A stretch of 64,000 nucleotides of DNA from Kudoa neothunni. Lineage: Eukaryota; Animalia; Cnidaria. Positions within the stretch are counted from its first letter, which is position 1. Each line of letters starts with the position of its first letter. Shown one piece after another: positions 1-11,248 of the stretch. The notes beneath the pieces were generated by a model. The model was not told the origin of the DNA. It saw only the letters and a program-made list of their open reading frames with translations, and made no database searches. The translations under genes were made by a program, and so were the position numbers. The stretch spans positions 2,705,702 through 2,769,701 of the forward strand of contig OZ199838.1 in NCBI GenBank assembly GCA_964304625.1, given 5' to 3'.

Positions 1-238
1 AATGTCGAATATTAATACTTTTTTGTAACAAACAAAACTCCAACTAAATGCTCTTAATTTGTTGTTATTTGAAGGTTGTTTATAAAATCATATTTTAAAA
101 TTCATTCTTAAAAAAAATCAATAAATTTTCCATTTCAATACAAAGTATGATTAATGTTTCCCCGAAGCATGATGGTGGTTTCTCTCCTCTTTATTCGCGG
201 TGATGCAATGACAGAAACTTATTTTTATTGAAAAATTT

Positions 239-1264
239 GGCTAAATTGCAGTGACCATGGCTCGTTTCGGCAATATTCATAACTGAGCGTTATATTTGTG
301 GCGCGGTGAATCTGAACAAGAAAATATATACTTTCGAGAATATTGACGATATCACTAATTTAGATTATACAATCAAGACATTACAAAATCTTAGATTGAT
401 ACCAAGTTATTCTAAATGTTTGTGTGGCGGTCAAAATTTTTTTGCTAAAAGAAAAGATACTTATGATGGTTATCACTATAAATGCACTTTATACAGAAAA
501 AAGATATCGATTCGAAAGGGAACAATTTTTGAAATATCTAGACTTCCGTTATGGAAGATCTTCATATTTATCGTTTCGATAATTCAACACCCATACATGA
601 CTTATGAGGAAATTCGAAAACATGTTGGAATATCTTCCGATTCCACCATATGTGAATGGAAAAATGTAATGCATGATTTTATGGCCTCTAAATTGGATGA
701 GGAATTTTCAAAAATTGACGGACGTGGAGTTATCGTTCAAATTGACGAGACCGCCATATCTAAAAGAAAATACACGCGGAAGAATTCTTCGTAATCAACA
801 GTATTGGATGGTCGGTGGTATCGACGAGAATGGAAATTGTTTTTTGCGCATAACTCAGCGAAGAAATAAAGACATTCTTGAAGGAATTATCCTTAACAAC
901 GTCGAAGAAGAGTCGATCATTTGGACGGACGTTTGGAAAGGATATAATAGCTTGGCAGAGTTGGGTTTTGTACATGAGGTAGTTATACATCGAGGTAGGT
1001 TTGTTTCCTCTGAGGGAATACACACTAACAAAATCGAAGCTACCTTGGGGGCTTTTAAGCGTAAATATCGGAACGCAGCGAATAAAAACCCAGAGACTCT
1101 TCCTCATTACGTGGCTGATTTTATGTATCGGAAAAAAATTTCGACAAAGAATTATCAACGTTATTTAAATATATAATGATTAACAATAATATATTTTAAC
1201 TTTACGATGTTTTCGAAGTGTGTCTATTTTACCCGAATTGAGTCGCAGTCACTGTAATTTAGCC
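239..1264 (+). mobile_element. Merlin (IS1595/ISXO2-like) DNA transposon; transposase 306-1176 with one frameshift near 775
   Basis: About 32-bp imperfect TIRs (GGCTAAATTGCAGTGAC... at 239; reverse complement GGCTAAATTACAGTGAC... ending 1264). N-terminal CxCG zinc ribbon. DDE motifs VQIDET, IWTDVW and HTNKIEA are split over ORFs 306-794 and 673-1176. No clear TSD. Confidence 0.92.
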
Positions 1265-2242
1265 TTAATTCTTTTAGAATTTCGTTCATAACTTTAAACA
1301 TTTCGATTCATTTATGAGAAAATTCCCTTTTGATTTTTAAACGTGATTAAAAAGTATCTCTTGAACTAGGATTACCAGATATCTGAACTAGTTACCTAAA
1401 GTGAATAAAAAGTAGAAAGTAAAATGCAAGAATGTGTGTCGAGGGGACCACGCAGACCCCGCTCCGTTCCGGGAGCGTTATCTCATCGAGTCACTTTAAA
1501 GCTACGGTGAAGTCATTAAATATTTGTACGTCTCAAATTCTAACTGATAAAAAATTCCTTTTATCACTACTTTTCGATTAAAAGATTTGGAATTTATATA
1601 TATTTGAGAATATAAAAATTATCATAAATCTTTGGCCATATGCTTTATTTCCGAGTAAATATCCGGTTTTAATAAAAATTTAATACTTTTATGTTATTAA
1701 TTCGTCCAAAAGTCAATAAACAGCATCATTTTATAAATTTTTTAGGATGTTATTAAAAAATTCCAACGTTTACGTCTAGTTATGATAATTTTACATTTTT
1801 ACAATTGATATATTATCCGTAGATTTTAAATAAACAATAATTTTGAATATTTGTTCGGGTTGTATAAACGGAATATTTTTAAATTAAGATTAATGATAAT
1901 TAAACTTCAACTGAAGGATCTTAGTATCACATCAATGAAATCATAGGGTTTTCATAAATAGCAACTATAGAGTTGGTTGAGATATTATAAAGTACAGTCA
2001 TAATATAAAATTTCTAAATTAATAATTCCGATTTAAAGTTTTTATTCTTACTTTATCATATAATAATTGAATATTGAATTAAACAAATTTTAATATATTT
2101 TAACTTTTGTGAATTTATTCAACTCTCAATTCTAATGGCATATAATTAAACGGATTTTAGGTTTTTCTAGACATATTGATTAAATAGCCCCCATAAAATT
2201 TGCAATGTAATCAAAAGCATCCGTTACATAGTATATTTAGAG

Positions 2243-2422
2243 TAGTGCTTCCCAACTGGAGGTGCGAACTATGGGCTTGGGGGATGCAAGATCCGACCAC
2301 AAATGAAAATAATTTTTTAGAAACATTGAGTCAGCTACGCCATATCTTATGCAGTGGGTTTAAGGACTTCGTTTTGTCATTAAAAAGGGGGATGCGAGTT
2401 CAATTTTAGTTGGGAAAAGCTG
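2243..2422. mobile_element. hAT (Charlie/Buster-like) MITE, about 180 bp
   Basis: TIRs TAGTGCTTCCCAACT / reverse complement CAGCTTTTCCCAACT. The 8-bp flanks ATTTAGAG and ATCTAAAG both resemble the NTCTAGAN Charlie target consensus. Confidence 0.7.
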
Positions 2423-2507
2423 ATCTAAAGGAGAAAAACGCATTTTATATATACACAATAATCGAATCTAAGAATTCGATTCGAGTAATATAATTCCATG
2501 CTAACCG

Positions 2508-3851
2508 TCACTTTTGTTGAACCGAACTAAATTCAATTTTAATAAAATATTGCAGAAAACAAAATTTACATAAATTCCTGAAATGTTCATTATAGTCTCT
2601 ATTTAGTGTTAGTTGTATCAAAGGGTTGGTGAATGAACTGAAAAAGGCCGAAATAAAGGCAATATCATAAAACACTATGGCGAAACTTGCTTTGGCAAGA
2701 CGATTTCTTATAATGGAACCCACAAGCATTGGAGTCCAAGTTGCAAAATAGCAAGCTATGATAACAAGAAGGACTCGTAAATACATAATCTAGAAAAGAA
2801 AATCATCAACTCCGGCTAGGGAATAGAAATTTACTTCATTTGATTTACCCACCAGACCTCTGCTTCTTCCGGATACTGTTGGACTTGCTTCACTGGTAAT
2901 TATGTCCAAATTGGCATTGCTAGGTCTCAGTTTTGAACTGCATTTAGTTTGAGACCCTTAAGACAAAAAAATATTAATTAAAAATTAAATAAAGAGAATA
3001 ATATACGTGTTCTAATAAATTGAGGGGTTGCTATTAGTACAGTAAATTAATGAAAAGATAGAAACAATATTTAAAATTTTACGTGATCGTAAGCTAAAAG
3101 TGTCTGTCCCTCTCGAAAATTCCTCTGGAATTATCATACATAGCAGAAACATGCACACCCAACCTGAATTTTGACAACATCCACCAACAGTCAAATCAGG
3201 GCTCTCATTAAAATCGGTGTTTTTGTTTCTTAATTCACTTCTCACTTTTGTTAGACGATTTGTAAGTGATACAAAGATGAGTACATAGGATATAAATATG
3301 AAAATCGTGGGAACTATATACAACGAAACAGCCAGCAGTAATAGGAGATTAGGTTTATTTCTGGTGTCCATTAAACACAGACTCCTTCCGGCTGTGAAAT
3401 CACTCCACCCAATCAGAGAAGGTAAGGTCAACACAGATGACATCAAACAGCAACAAAAGATTCCCCAATATTTCATTGTTTTCGTTATATATTTGGTGTA
3501 GAAATACGGTTTAGCTACTGCAAAGTACCTCAAACAAATTCCAAACATGAGCATGAATTGTGTACAGAAGAAACTAAAGTTGCACAGGAATCCAACAAAA
3601 ATGCACAACCAAGTTCCTGTTTGGAGATATCGGGTCCAAACTTGAAAAACTGACATGGGAATTATCATGAAACACTTTACAAAATCAAGTGCCAGCATTC
3701 CAATAACGAATGGAGTAAACTCTCTTCTTACTTTTACTTTGATCTTGATCACATACAACAGGTAACAGTTACAAAATCCTCCACAAATTATAATCCATGA
3801 CATGATGAAGGTTCTGGTAACATCCCACACAATAATATTTTTCAATACCAT
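2508..3851 (-). CDS. Class A (rhodopsin-like) orphan GPCR, 5 exons
   Basis: Exon 1 encodes TM1-TM5 (GFCN, LALD, CLRYFAVAKP, LPSLIGWS...LC, P..I..SY). Four short GT-AG introns lie in ICL3. The last exon encodes TM6-TM7 (IMYLRVLLVIIACYFATWTP...FTNPLIQ). The manual splice gives a continuous frame. Confidence 0.88.
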
Positions 3852-4394
3852 AAAAATTTAATTAAATCGTCAAAATTGTCCGTTACCGTATCTACATGTA
3901 TAAATACATATAGTATGTATAGTTAATTCAACTCGTAATCAATACTATTAGCGATATGAGTTGAGGGCATGATCCATCAACATCTGCTTATTATACCGTA
4001 CATACGGAATAAGTAATTCCATATTCATTCTATACATGATAGCTCAAAGCGGTTCAACCTAAAATTCTACGACTCTCCAAATAGTCCCTCATGGACAATA
4101 GGGGCTAACTGCTGATCAAATGATGAGGGATATGTTGGTAGATAAAGATATTAGAAATAAATTAGAACTCCTATCTCTTAAATTAAAGTAGCCTCAGAAA
4201 ATAATAAGAAAAATCAATGAATTTCAATTACGACCTTTCGAAACTCTCAATTAACTTCTCTATTATTTGTGCACGCAAGAAAACTAAATGCTAATTTCAT
4301 TGTGCAATTATAGGTGTGATGTAGTAGGATCCTTATTATAATTATGCAATGATACCTTAGTTTCAAGAATGCCTAAAGGCTGTGGATACTGTTA

Positions 4395-6330
4395 CAGTGG
4401 ATGGCGGGTGATACGTAGTGACGAATAGTTCGTAATTTGAGAATACATCACAAAACTAACGTGCACTACACATAAGATAATAATAAGTCATTCAATTCTC
4501 AAACTACTTGAAAACCTTTATTTGACCATCAAGAATATGGATAAAATATTTTTAAATTAATTATGTTTTTTATGGATTATTTTGTAGTGACGTGTGGTTC
4601 GTAACTTTTCAGGTGCGTTAAGATTTCGTTTTCGATTGGTGGCGAAATGGGGGACAGAAATAAAAATTATGTTAGGGCATTAAAAGAGAAATATGAAATA
4701 ATAAAGTTTTTAAAAAACTTCCAAAGGTATGTGTTGGAAACAACATTGAAAACGACATCAATATTAATGATTTTATAAGTGACGGTAACCGTCGCAGAGA
4801 TGACATGTTTTCTTAAATTTGACGATAGAAAACGAAAAATTATTCCATTAAGTATCGTCTCTCGCCCATTCTCCTGATTTAAGACATTGCTTGAAATTTC
4901 ATGGTCTAATTAATTATAAAACATCAAACGGATATTGAACGAGAAATACACAATATAATTGCCAGATGGCTTAAAAATATTACTATAATTGACTAATTTC
5001 CCACAAATAATTTATCGGCTAATCTTTACATAACGGGACTGCAGTCGGAAACTTTCGGAGAAAATCGCGGGGAAAAAACGCAATAAATGATATTAAATAA
5101 TTATTCATAATTTCATTAAAGAAAGTGCTAAGTTCGACGCCTCTATATTTTTTACGGAGTATATAATCCGAAATGAAGTCATATAATGACTCTCCATTTT
5201 TATTTGTAATTGTCGTGACTCAAGTCACGATTAAAATAAACATTTATCAGTAAACAAAATTATTTACATATTTAACAATCGGCATTTGCCGATTGAGATC
5301 GATAAAAATTTAAACCGTTGGTTTTTTTGCGCACAAAAAAAAGAGCTAAAAAATTGCTACAGTAATATTTTGGTACTGCCTTTTAAATCCTCCCCACGTA
5401 GCTTCGATCTTATTTGTGACAGACTGTATCGTGAAAAAATCCTAAATCGTTCAGGTGATTATAACCTCTCCATTTATCAGTCCAGATAACAGAATTCTCT
5501 TCAACATTATCGAGAATAATTTTTTCCAATACAGAGCTGCTTCTTCTCCTGGTCAGTTCCAAGAAACATTCACCTTCCTCATCTATACCACCAACAATCC
5601 AATATTGCTGGGTTTTTAACAGTCTACCAACATTATATTTTCGTTTAGTCACCGCAGTTTCATCGATCTGGACAACGACATTTGCACCGACAATTTTTTT
5701 TCTCTCGTCAGTAATCTTCAATGTGATAATACTCCTTAATAATTCAGACCAGTCACATATTGTTTTTGAAGGGAGGATTCCGACGTGCCTTTGTATTTCT
5801 TCGTAGGTAACCTTGCTGAATTGAATTTTTACGAGGAAAAATATAAGTAGTTTCCACAGTGGCAGTTTAGAATGCTGAAATATTGATCCAACTCGTAGAT
5901 TTTACCTCTTCAAACAACCCGGGCATCGGAAGAAAAACAGATCTTGGCAACTTTTATTTGATATGAGATGCATCATCGTCCCACAAATACACGTTTTCTC
6001 TGATGAAATTAGACCAAGATTCTGTAATGTTTTGATGGTATAAATTGTGTCAATCCTAAAAAATGCATATTCCATCATATTGATGGAATCAATATTCTCC
6101 AAATCAAAATTTCTCCTGAAGTTTTTTATTTTCCGGGCGCGCGACGAAAGTTTCCGACTGCAGTCCCGTTTTGTGAAGAATAGCCAATTTATCATTATAG
6201 TTGATTTATAGAATTTTTCCTCCACAGTATTGCACGCGCGATCTTAGAAATAAGAACCACAAGTACAATACGTGTGGTCCGAAACTTTTTCTTGATCCCA
6301 ATGGGATTACGAACCACCCGTCACACACTG
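4395..6330. mobile_element. Non-autonomous CAG-terminal (Tc1/mariner/pogo-type) element hosting the Merlin insertion
   Basis: 4395-4610 and 6271-6330 align in reverse complement to the two halves of the 261-bp element at 62107-62367. TA precedes CAG at 4395. Confidence 0.65.
5017..6185 (-). mobile_element. Merlin DNA transposon, decayed transposase
   Basis: 41-bp TIRs (GGCTAATCTTTACATAACGGGACTGCAGTCGGAAACTTTCG) and a perfect 8-bp TSD AATTTATC (5009-5016 / 6186-6193). VQIDET, IWTDKWRGY and NKIEATW motifs are present. Clear paralogue of the 239-1264 element. Confidence 0.95.
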
Positions 6331-6796
6331 CATAAGAGGATTTAATCCTATAAGTGGATGGCACACGCGCATTCACATGCAGTAATCAGAATGACTCCTA
6401 GTTAGAGTGGATATGTTTTTCTAATTTTTTTAATTTAATACATTTAATTATTTTTTACCCATTGACACTCGTCTACAGATAGATCAGAAAAAATTCAATA
6501 TAGTCAGAGTTAGCCTGCAAAATATTATGCTAGATAACAATAGCCATTTCTCTATGTAATATATGTGTTCGGTATTATGTACCTTTATCATCCTATAATC
6601 ATGACATTGGGATTATAAAAAAGACCGCACAGGTCTTATAGCATTGGATATCGATGTATATGATCATTTAGATGTTCGGTCATTTCCGAACTTAATAATC
6701 ACCAAACCAAATTAAGGGCGAGTATTAATTTAACAATTTTATGAATTTTGAAGTAGTTTTAAGGCGTTGAATACTCTACAATGATAATTTCTTTAA

Positions 6797-9700
6797 CCTT
6801 CCCAGCGCCTGAAAATCGACTTTACACATTCCTTCTTTTGAGGTCCAATAGACCCCACATTTTCTAAATTTAATTATGGGAAAATGTAATAAATAATTTA
6901 ATAAAGTATGAGAGAAAACTATCGATAAAATATTGAAAAATGTCAAAATTATAACACCGCAGGAACAATTAAAAAGTTATAGAGATGGCAAGAACTAATG
7001 CAATGCTAAAGTTGTTAGAATTTTGGAAGAGAAATACAAAATAATAAAGTATTTCGAAAGTTTATCCTTTAAACACGCCAAGATAGCAACGGTAAAACAT
7101 TTCCAACTTTCGAATATTGCCACCCTAAATGGGATTCTTTGTAAGAAAGAGAAAATAATTTCTATTGTTGAAGGAGGATTGGCTTCAAATAAAAGAAAAA
7201 ACATTCATAATGGATCAAACATTGATTATGATCAAGGTGTTTATGATTGGATCTGTTTGATGAGGGATAAAAAATCGAATTCACCTCATCTGATATCATA
7301 AATAAAAGAATTGAGCTTTCTGTTGAAAATAAGAAGCTAGAAAGTGTGACAATTTGGTGGTTTAAGGGCTTTAAGAAGCAATTTAACCTAAGAAAAATTA
7401 ATTTCCATGATGAAGCCGCAGATGTGGATTCTGAAACTTAAAGACATATGTGAAAATTATTGTTCAGATTGTATATATAATATCGACGAATCTGCATTGT
7501 TCTACCAGCAACAGAAAGGTACACGTAGTTTTTTAACATTTCGATTTATTTTGTAGGTAGAAGTTTTGTAGTTTCATCAGAGAGAAATATAAAGGGGACC
7601 AAACAATCTATGAAGCGAGTGACTATTTTATTCGATGCCTTAATGAGTGGTGAAAAGCTCGAACCGCTAATAATCGGCAAACACAAAAATCCTCGTTGTT
7701 TTAAGAATATTAAAAAACTTCCTGTGACATATGAAAACAATAATAAAGGTTGGATGAGTATTGATGCATTCTTGAGGTATATAACCAAGCTTGATTAATT
7801 ATTTGAAAAAAGGAATAAACATGTGTTATTGTTTCTTGATAATGCATCCTGCCATTGTAGAAAAAAATAGAGCAATATAAAAATGGTTTTTCTCCCCCAA
7901 AAAACTACGAGTGTTTTACAACCTCTTGATCAGGGGATAATATATTCGTTTAAATCTGCCTACAAAAGAGCTATGATTAAGCGATATATTGCTCGTTTTG
8001 ATACAGGTATAGATCCTATCCCTTCGAACATATTAGAGGCAATGTTTATTATAAGAGATGCTTGGGATATGGTTGCTCCAGAAGCACTTAGAAATTGTTT
8101 AAAAAAAAGCTTATATTTCTATTGATAAATTGTCCTCTATACCACTAAGTGATGATTTAATAATAAAAGATTCATCTAATAGAGAAAGCAGTGATATCAT
8201 ATGCCCAGAGTAAATTAATGGTGAAATAAACGAAATGATTCAGATTCTGGAGGAGGATGAAATTTACTGCGTATATGACGGCAATTCTTCATTAGATTTA
8301 AATAGTAGGGAGAATTTAATGGATTTGGTTAAGTATGGCGAAGGATCTGGTGAGGAAGTGCTTGAAGATAAATCAGAGGATACCCCTGTTCTGAATTTCA
8401 AAGAGGCTATAGATTCCATCAGCGAACTTACAAAATTCTTTCTGAAAAACGATGTTGATCGATTTAGAATTCTTTAAAATCTTGAGAACGACGTATACGA
8501 TATCATGTGGAAAAATATTAAACAATAGAAAATAACAGATTTTTTCAAACGTTAGAATATAAATATAGTCTAGTTTACTATATCGCATCTCATCTTTATC
8601 CAAACATGTTTACTCGGCAATTAAAAGTTTAAATTTTACTCCAAGTGTTAAAAATGTAATATTTAATGGCGCTTACGCACGCAAACAAGTGTGCAAAATC
8701 GGTTGCCTACTGTATTATGCGTCCAATTTAACAAGTTTTACTTTATTTTTTAAATTAATACATTTTAATAAAAATATATGGCATTCCACACGTACAAAGT
8801 CTTAAAAATTGTTCCCTTTATAATTAATTTCTTAATAATCACGCCCAATAAAACCCTAAGTACATAATGTTTCAAACTAGATAAAATGTTAGCTATTTAT
8901 ATTATTTAAATTTTTAATGTTACAAAATATCACTCAAAAAACTTTGAATTGCTTTTATTACAGTTGGTTCTACAAACATAAAAAAATTCCTCGCTTTCTT
9001 GTTTCTTGTATTGAGGCCTTGAAAAATAACAGCATTACTCGTTACAAAGAAATTCGAATGATTATAATTTAGATTTGAGAATTAACATATAGACAAGGAT
9101 TCCGATATAAGCCAATAACTGTCGGTTTGCGATATCTTCAAACAATGCTGACAATTATAATTGTCAAAATTGTTAGTATTTGAAATAACAGTTGAGAAAA
9201 AGACACACCATAAAATATGAGGAATGCATCATTTAAAGAGGTTATTCAGTTTAAATCGTAGGAATGTGAACCTTGAGATTTTGAAAGATATTTCGTTTAG
9301 ATCTTTTAATTATTTGAAGTTTCTCAGAAAACCAATTAACACCATCCTTATCTTTGTACATATTTCAATAGCATTTATTACCTCCAGGAACAATAGAATG
9401 ACATTAATAACCAAAGTATCGAAAGTTATCGCAAAATTCTTATATATCGGATTCAATTTTATGCAAAATATTATACTAAGAACCATTTATGACAGCATTT
9501 CACTCGTCGGAAATAATCGGTATTTCGCGTACGCATAGTTTTTTCAAATTGTTTCTGCTTCCTCTCGATAAAATTTTATTTAATTCACAAAATTGTTATA
9601 AATTATTTTTCTTCATCGTTTGGTAGAAAAAAAACGTGGGGTCCATTTGACCCCAAAAGAAGGAATGTGTAAGTATTTTGATTATTTCGTGACCTGAATT

Positions 9701-9851
9701 TACAAATTAAAATATTCTGTGATATTTTAATAGAACTCACATTTATAGGAGAATACATGTGATCTTAAATTCAATGATTTAATATAAGACTCTCTAAAAT
9801 TGATTCAAACATCCATTGGGGGTCCAATGGATCCCCATGACGCTTGGAAGG
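6797..9851 (-). mobile_element. Deleted piggyBac element with a nested pogo/Tigger
   Basis: TTAA on both sides; TIR CCTTCC(C/A)AGCG. About 36-bp subterminal inverted repeat (TTACACATTCCTTCTTTTG.GGTC.AAT.GACCCCA) at ~6822-6857 and ~9637-9672. Minus-strand 9000-9400 gives decayed piggyBac N-terminal peptides (DKDGVNW, LLAYIGILV). Confidence 0.8.
6986..8712 (+). mobile_element. pogo/Tigger transposon, pseudogenised transposase (HTH + DDE_1)
   Basis: Motifs IYNIDESALFY, KRVTIL...GEKLEPLIIGK..NPRCFK, KGWM, LFLDNASCH and FLP..TTSVLQPLDQGII..FK, with several stops and frameshifts. Right TIR ...ATCGGTTGCCTACTG|TA ends at 8712. Left TIR not found. Confidence 0.9.
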
Positions 9852-10052
9852 TTAATAAGATAATCCGGCCCGGTAGAAATATAATTATCAACCTTACTAC
9901 AGCAGTTAAACTAGCATTAAAAAACTCCAAAGAATCTAATGAGATCTTATTATAGCTACAACTTTTCTCGATTATATGCACCAAGAAACAATAAACACTA
10001 ATAATGATGGATTCGATAAAATAGTACAATTATGATTAACTATCACAGTTTA

Positions 10053-11248
10053 TCAAGCGAAGGAGTTGAACACATTGAAATAAGCATGATCAAGGGCAGC
10101 TTTTGCTGAGAATCGTTTCGAAGGAAACATATTCAAGAAGACTAGCTAACAAATGGTTACCCATGACTCCCAGATGAATGTGTAGAGTGGTAAGGCATTT
10201 GGGTGGAAAATTAGGGAACTCTTTCTGAAAGAATTTAAAGCTGGAGATACCAGGCCAAACTTTTTCGTTTGGGGTTCCAAGTATTCTAAACAACCACATT
10301 ACACAATTTTATCCAAGAATGAGGTAATATTTACTGGAATATTTTGAATAGTTGATCGATTTCAGAATTACCAGTGAATAACGGCTTTCCATTGATCTAT
10401 ATAAGTAGTTGAAAAATATGTTGAAAATACTGCAGCACCATCTCAGAAAATATACAACCAATACTCCAAATATCCACCGAGGTTGAATAGAAATAACTGT
10501 CCATGAGGATTTCTGGAGATCTGTACCACAGCGTGACCACTTCTTGGGTGTATCGCTTGACTGGCACATTGTAGGTTCGTGCTAGACCAAAATCAGCTAG
10601 CTTGATAGTTCCCTCCAACGATAGCAGTATATTCTGAGGTTTAATATCCCGATGAATGACTCTATTTGTGTGACAATAATGCAATCCTTTCAGTAGTTGA
10701 TACATAAATGACTAAACAACAGAAGTCTATGTACAAATCCACGTATTGCTCAAATAATTTAATTAAGTAACAAAAATAATATTTATTATTCGTTTAAACT
10801 TAGGAGATTAGTATTACACGTGTTTTAAATTCATCAACAGCTCCATTTTCTGTAATGTATTGTTTGAGATCGTAATTCAAACATTCAAAAATAAGATATA
10901 TGGATTTTTCCACACATACAATATCCAACAATCTAAAATGTTAAATAAAATAATTAATCAACCGATTTAACACATAACGATCAATCAATCGATCGATCTA
11001 ATAATACCTGACGATATTAGGATGATTTAAATTTTTTAATAGTGACACCTCTCTTAGTGTATTGCTGGGTATACCTTCGTCAGAGCTATGTGAAATAGGT
11101 GATGAGAAAAATTGAAGAATGAAAGCATGTACGCGTTGTATTTGGTTTTTTTAATAGCCACATCCCTACCGGTGGTTTTACACTTGCCTTTGTACACAAC
11201 TCCATATGTTCCTTGTCCTAGTATTGCGCCTGTTTCATATGCATCCAT
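10053..11248 (-). CDS. CDK1: Cyclin-dependent kinase, CDK1/CDK2 (cdc2) type, 6 exons; 1-nt frame break near the C-terminus
   Basis: [72 protein letters not shown] and [11 protein letters not shown] across five short GT-AG introns (e.g. 11086-11132). The terminal [16 protein letters not shown] lies in the +1 frame. CDK1 versus CDK2 assignment is tentative. Confidence 0.88.

Noticed and set aside
239-6185. Bacterial IS1595 contamination or a prokaryotic contig
   Set aside because: The elements are interleaved with intron-containing animal genes and fit eukaryotic Merlin.
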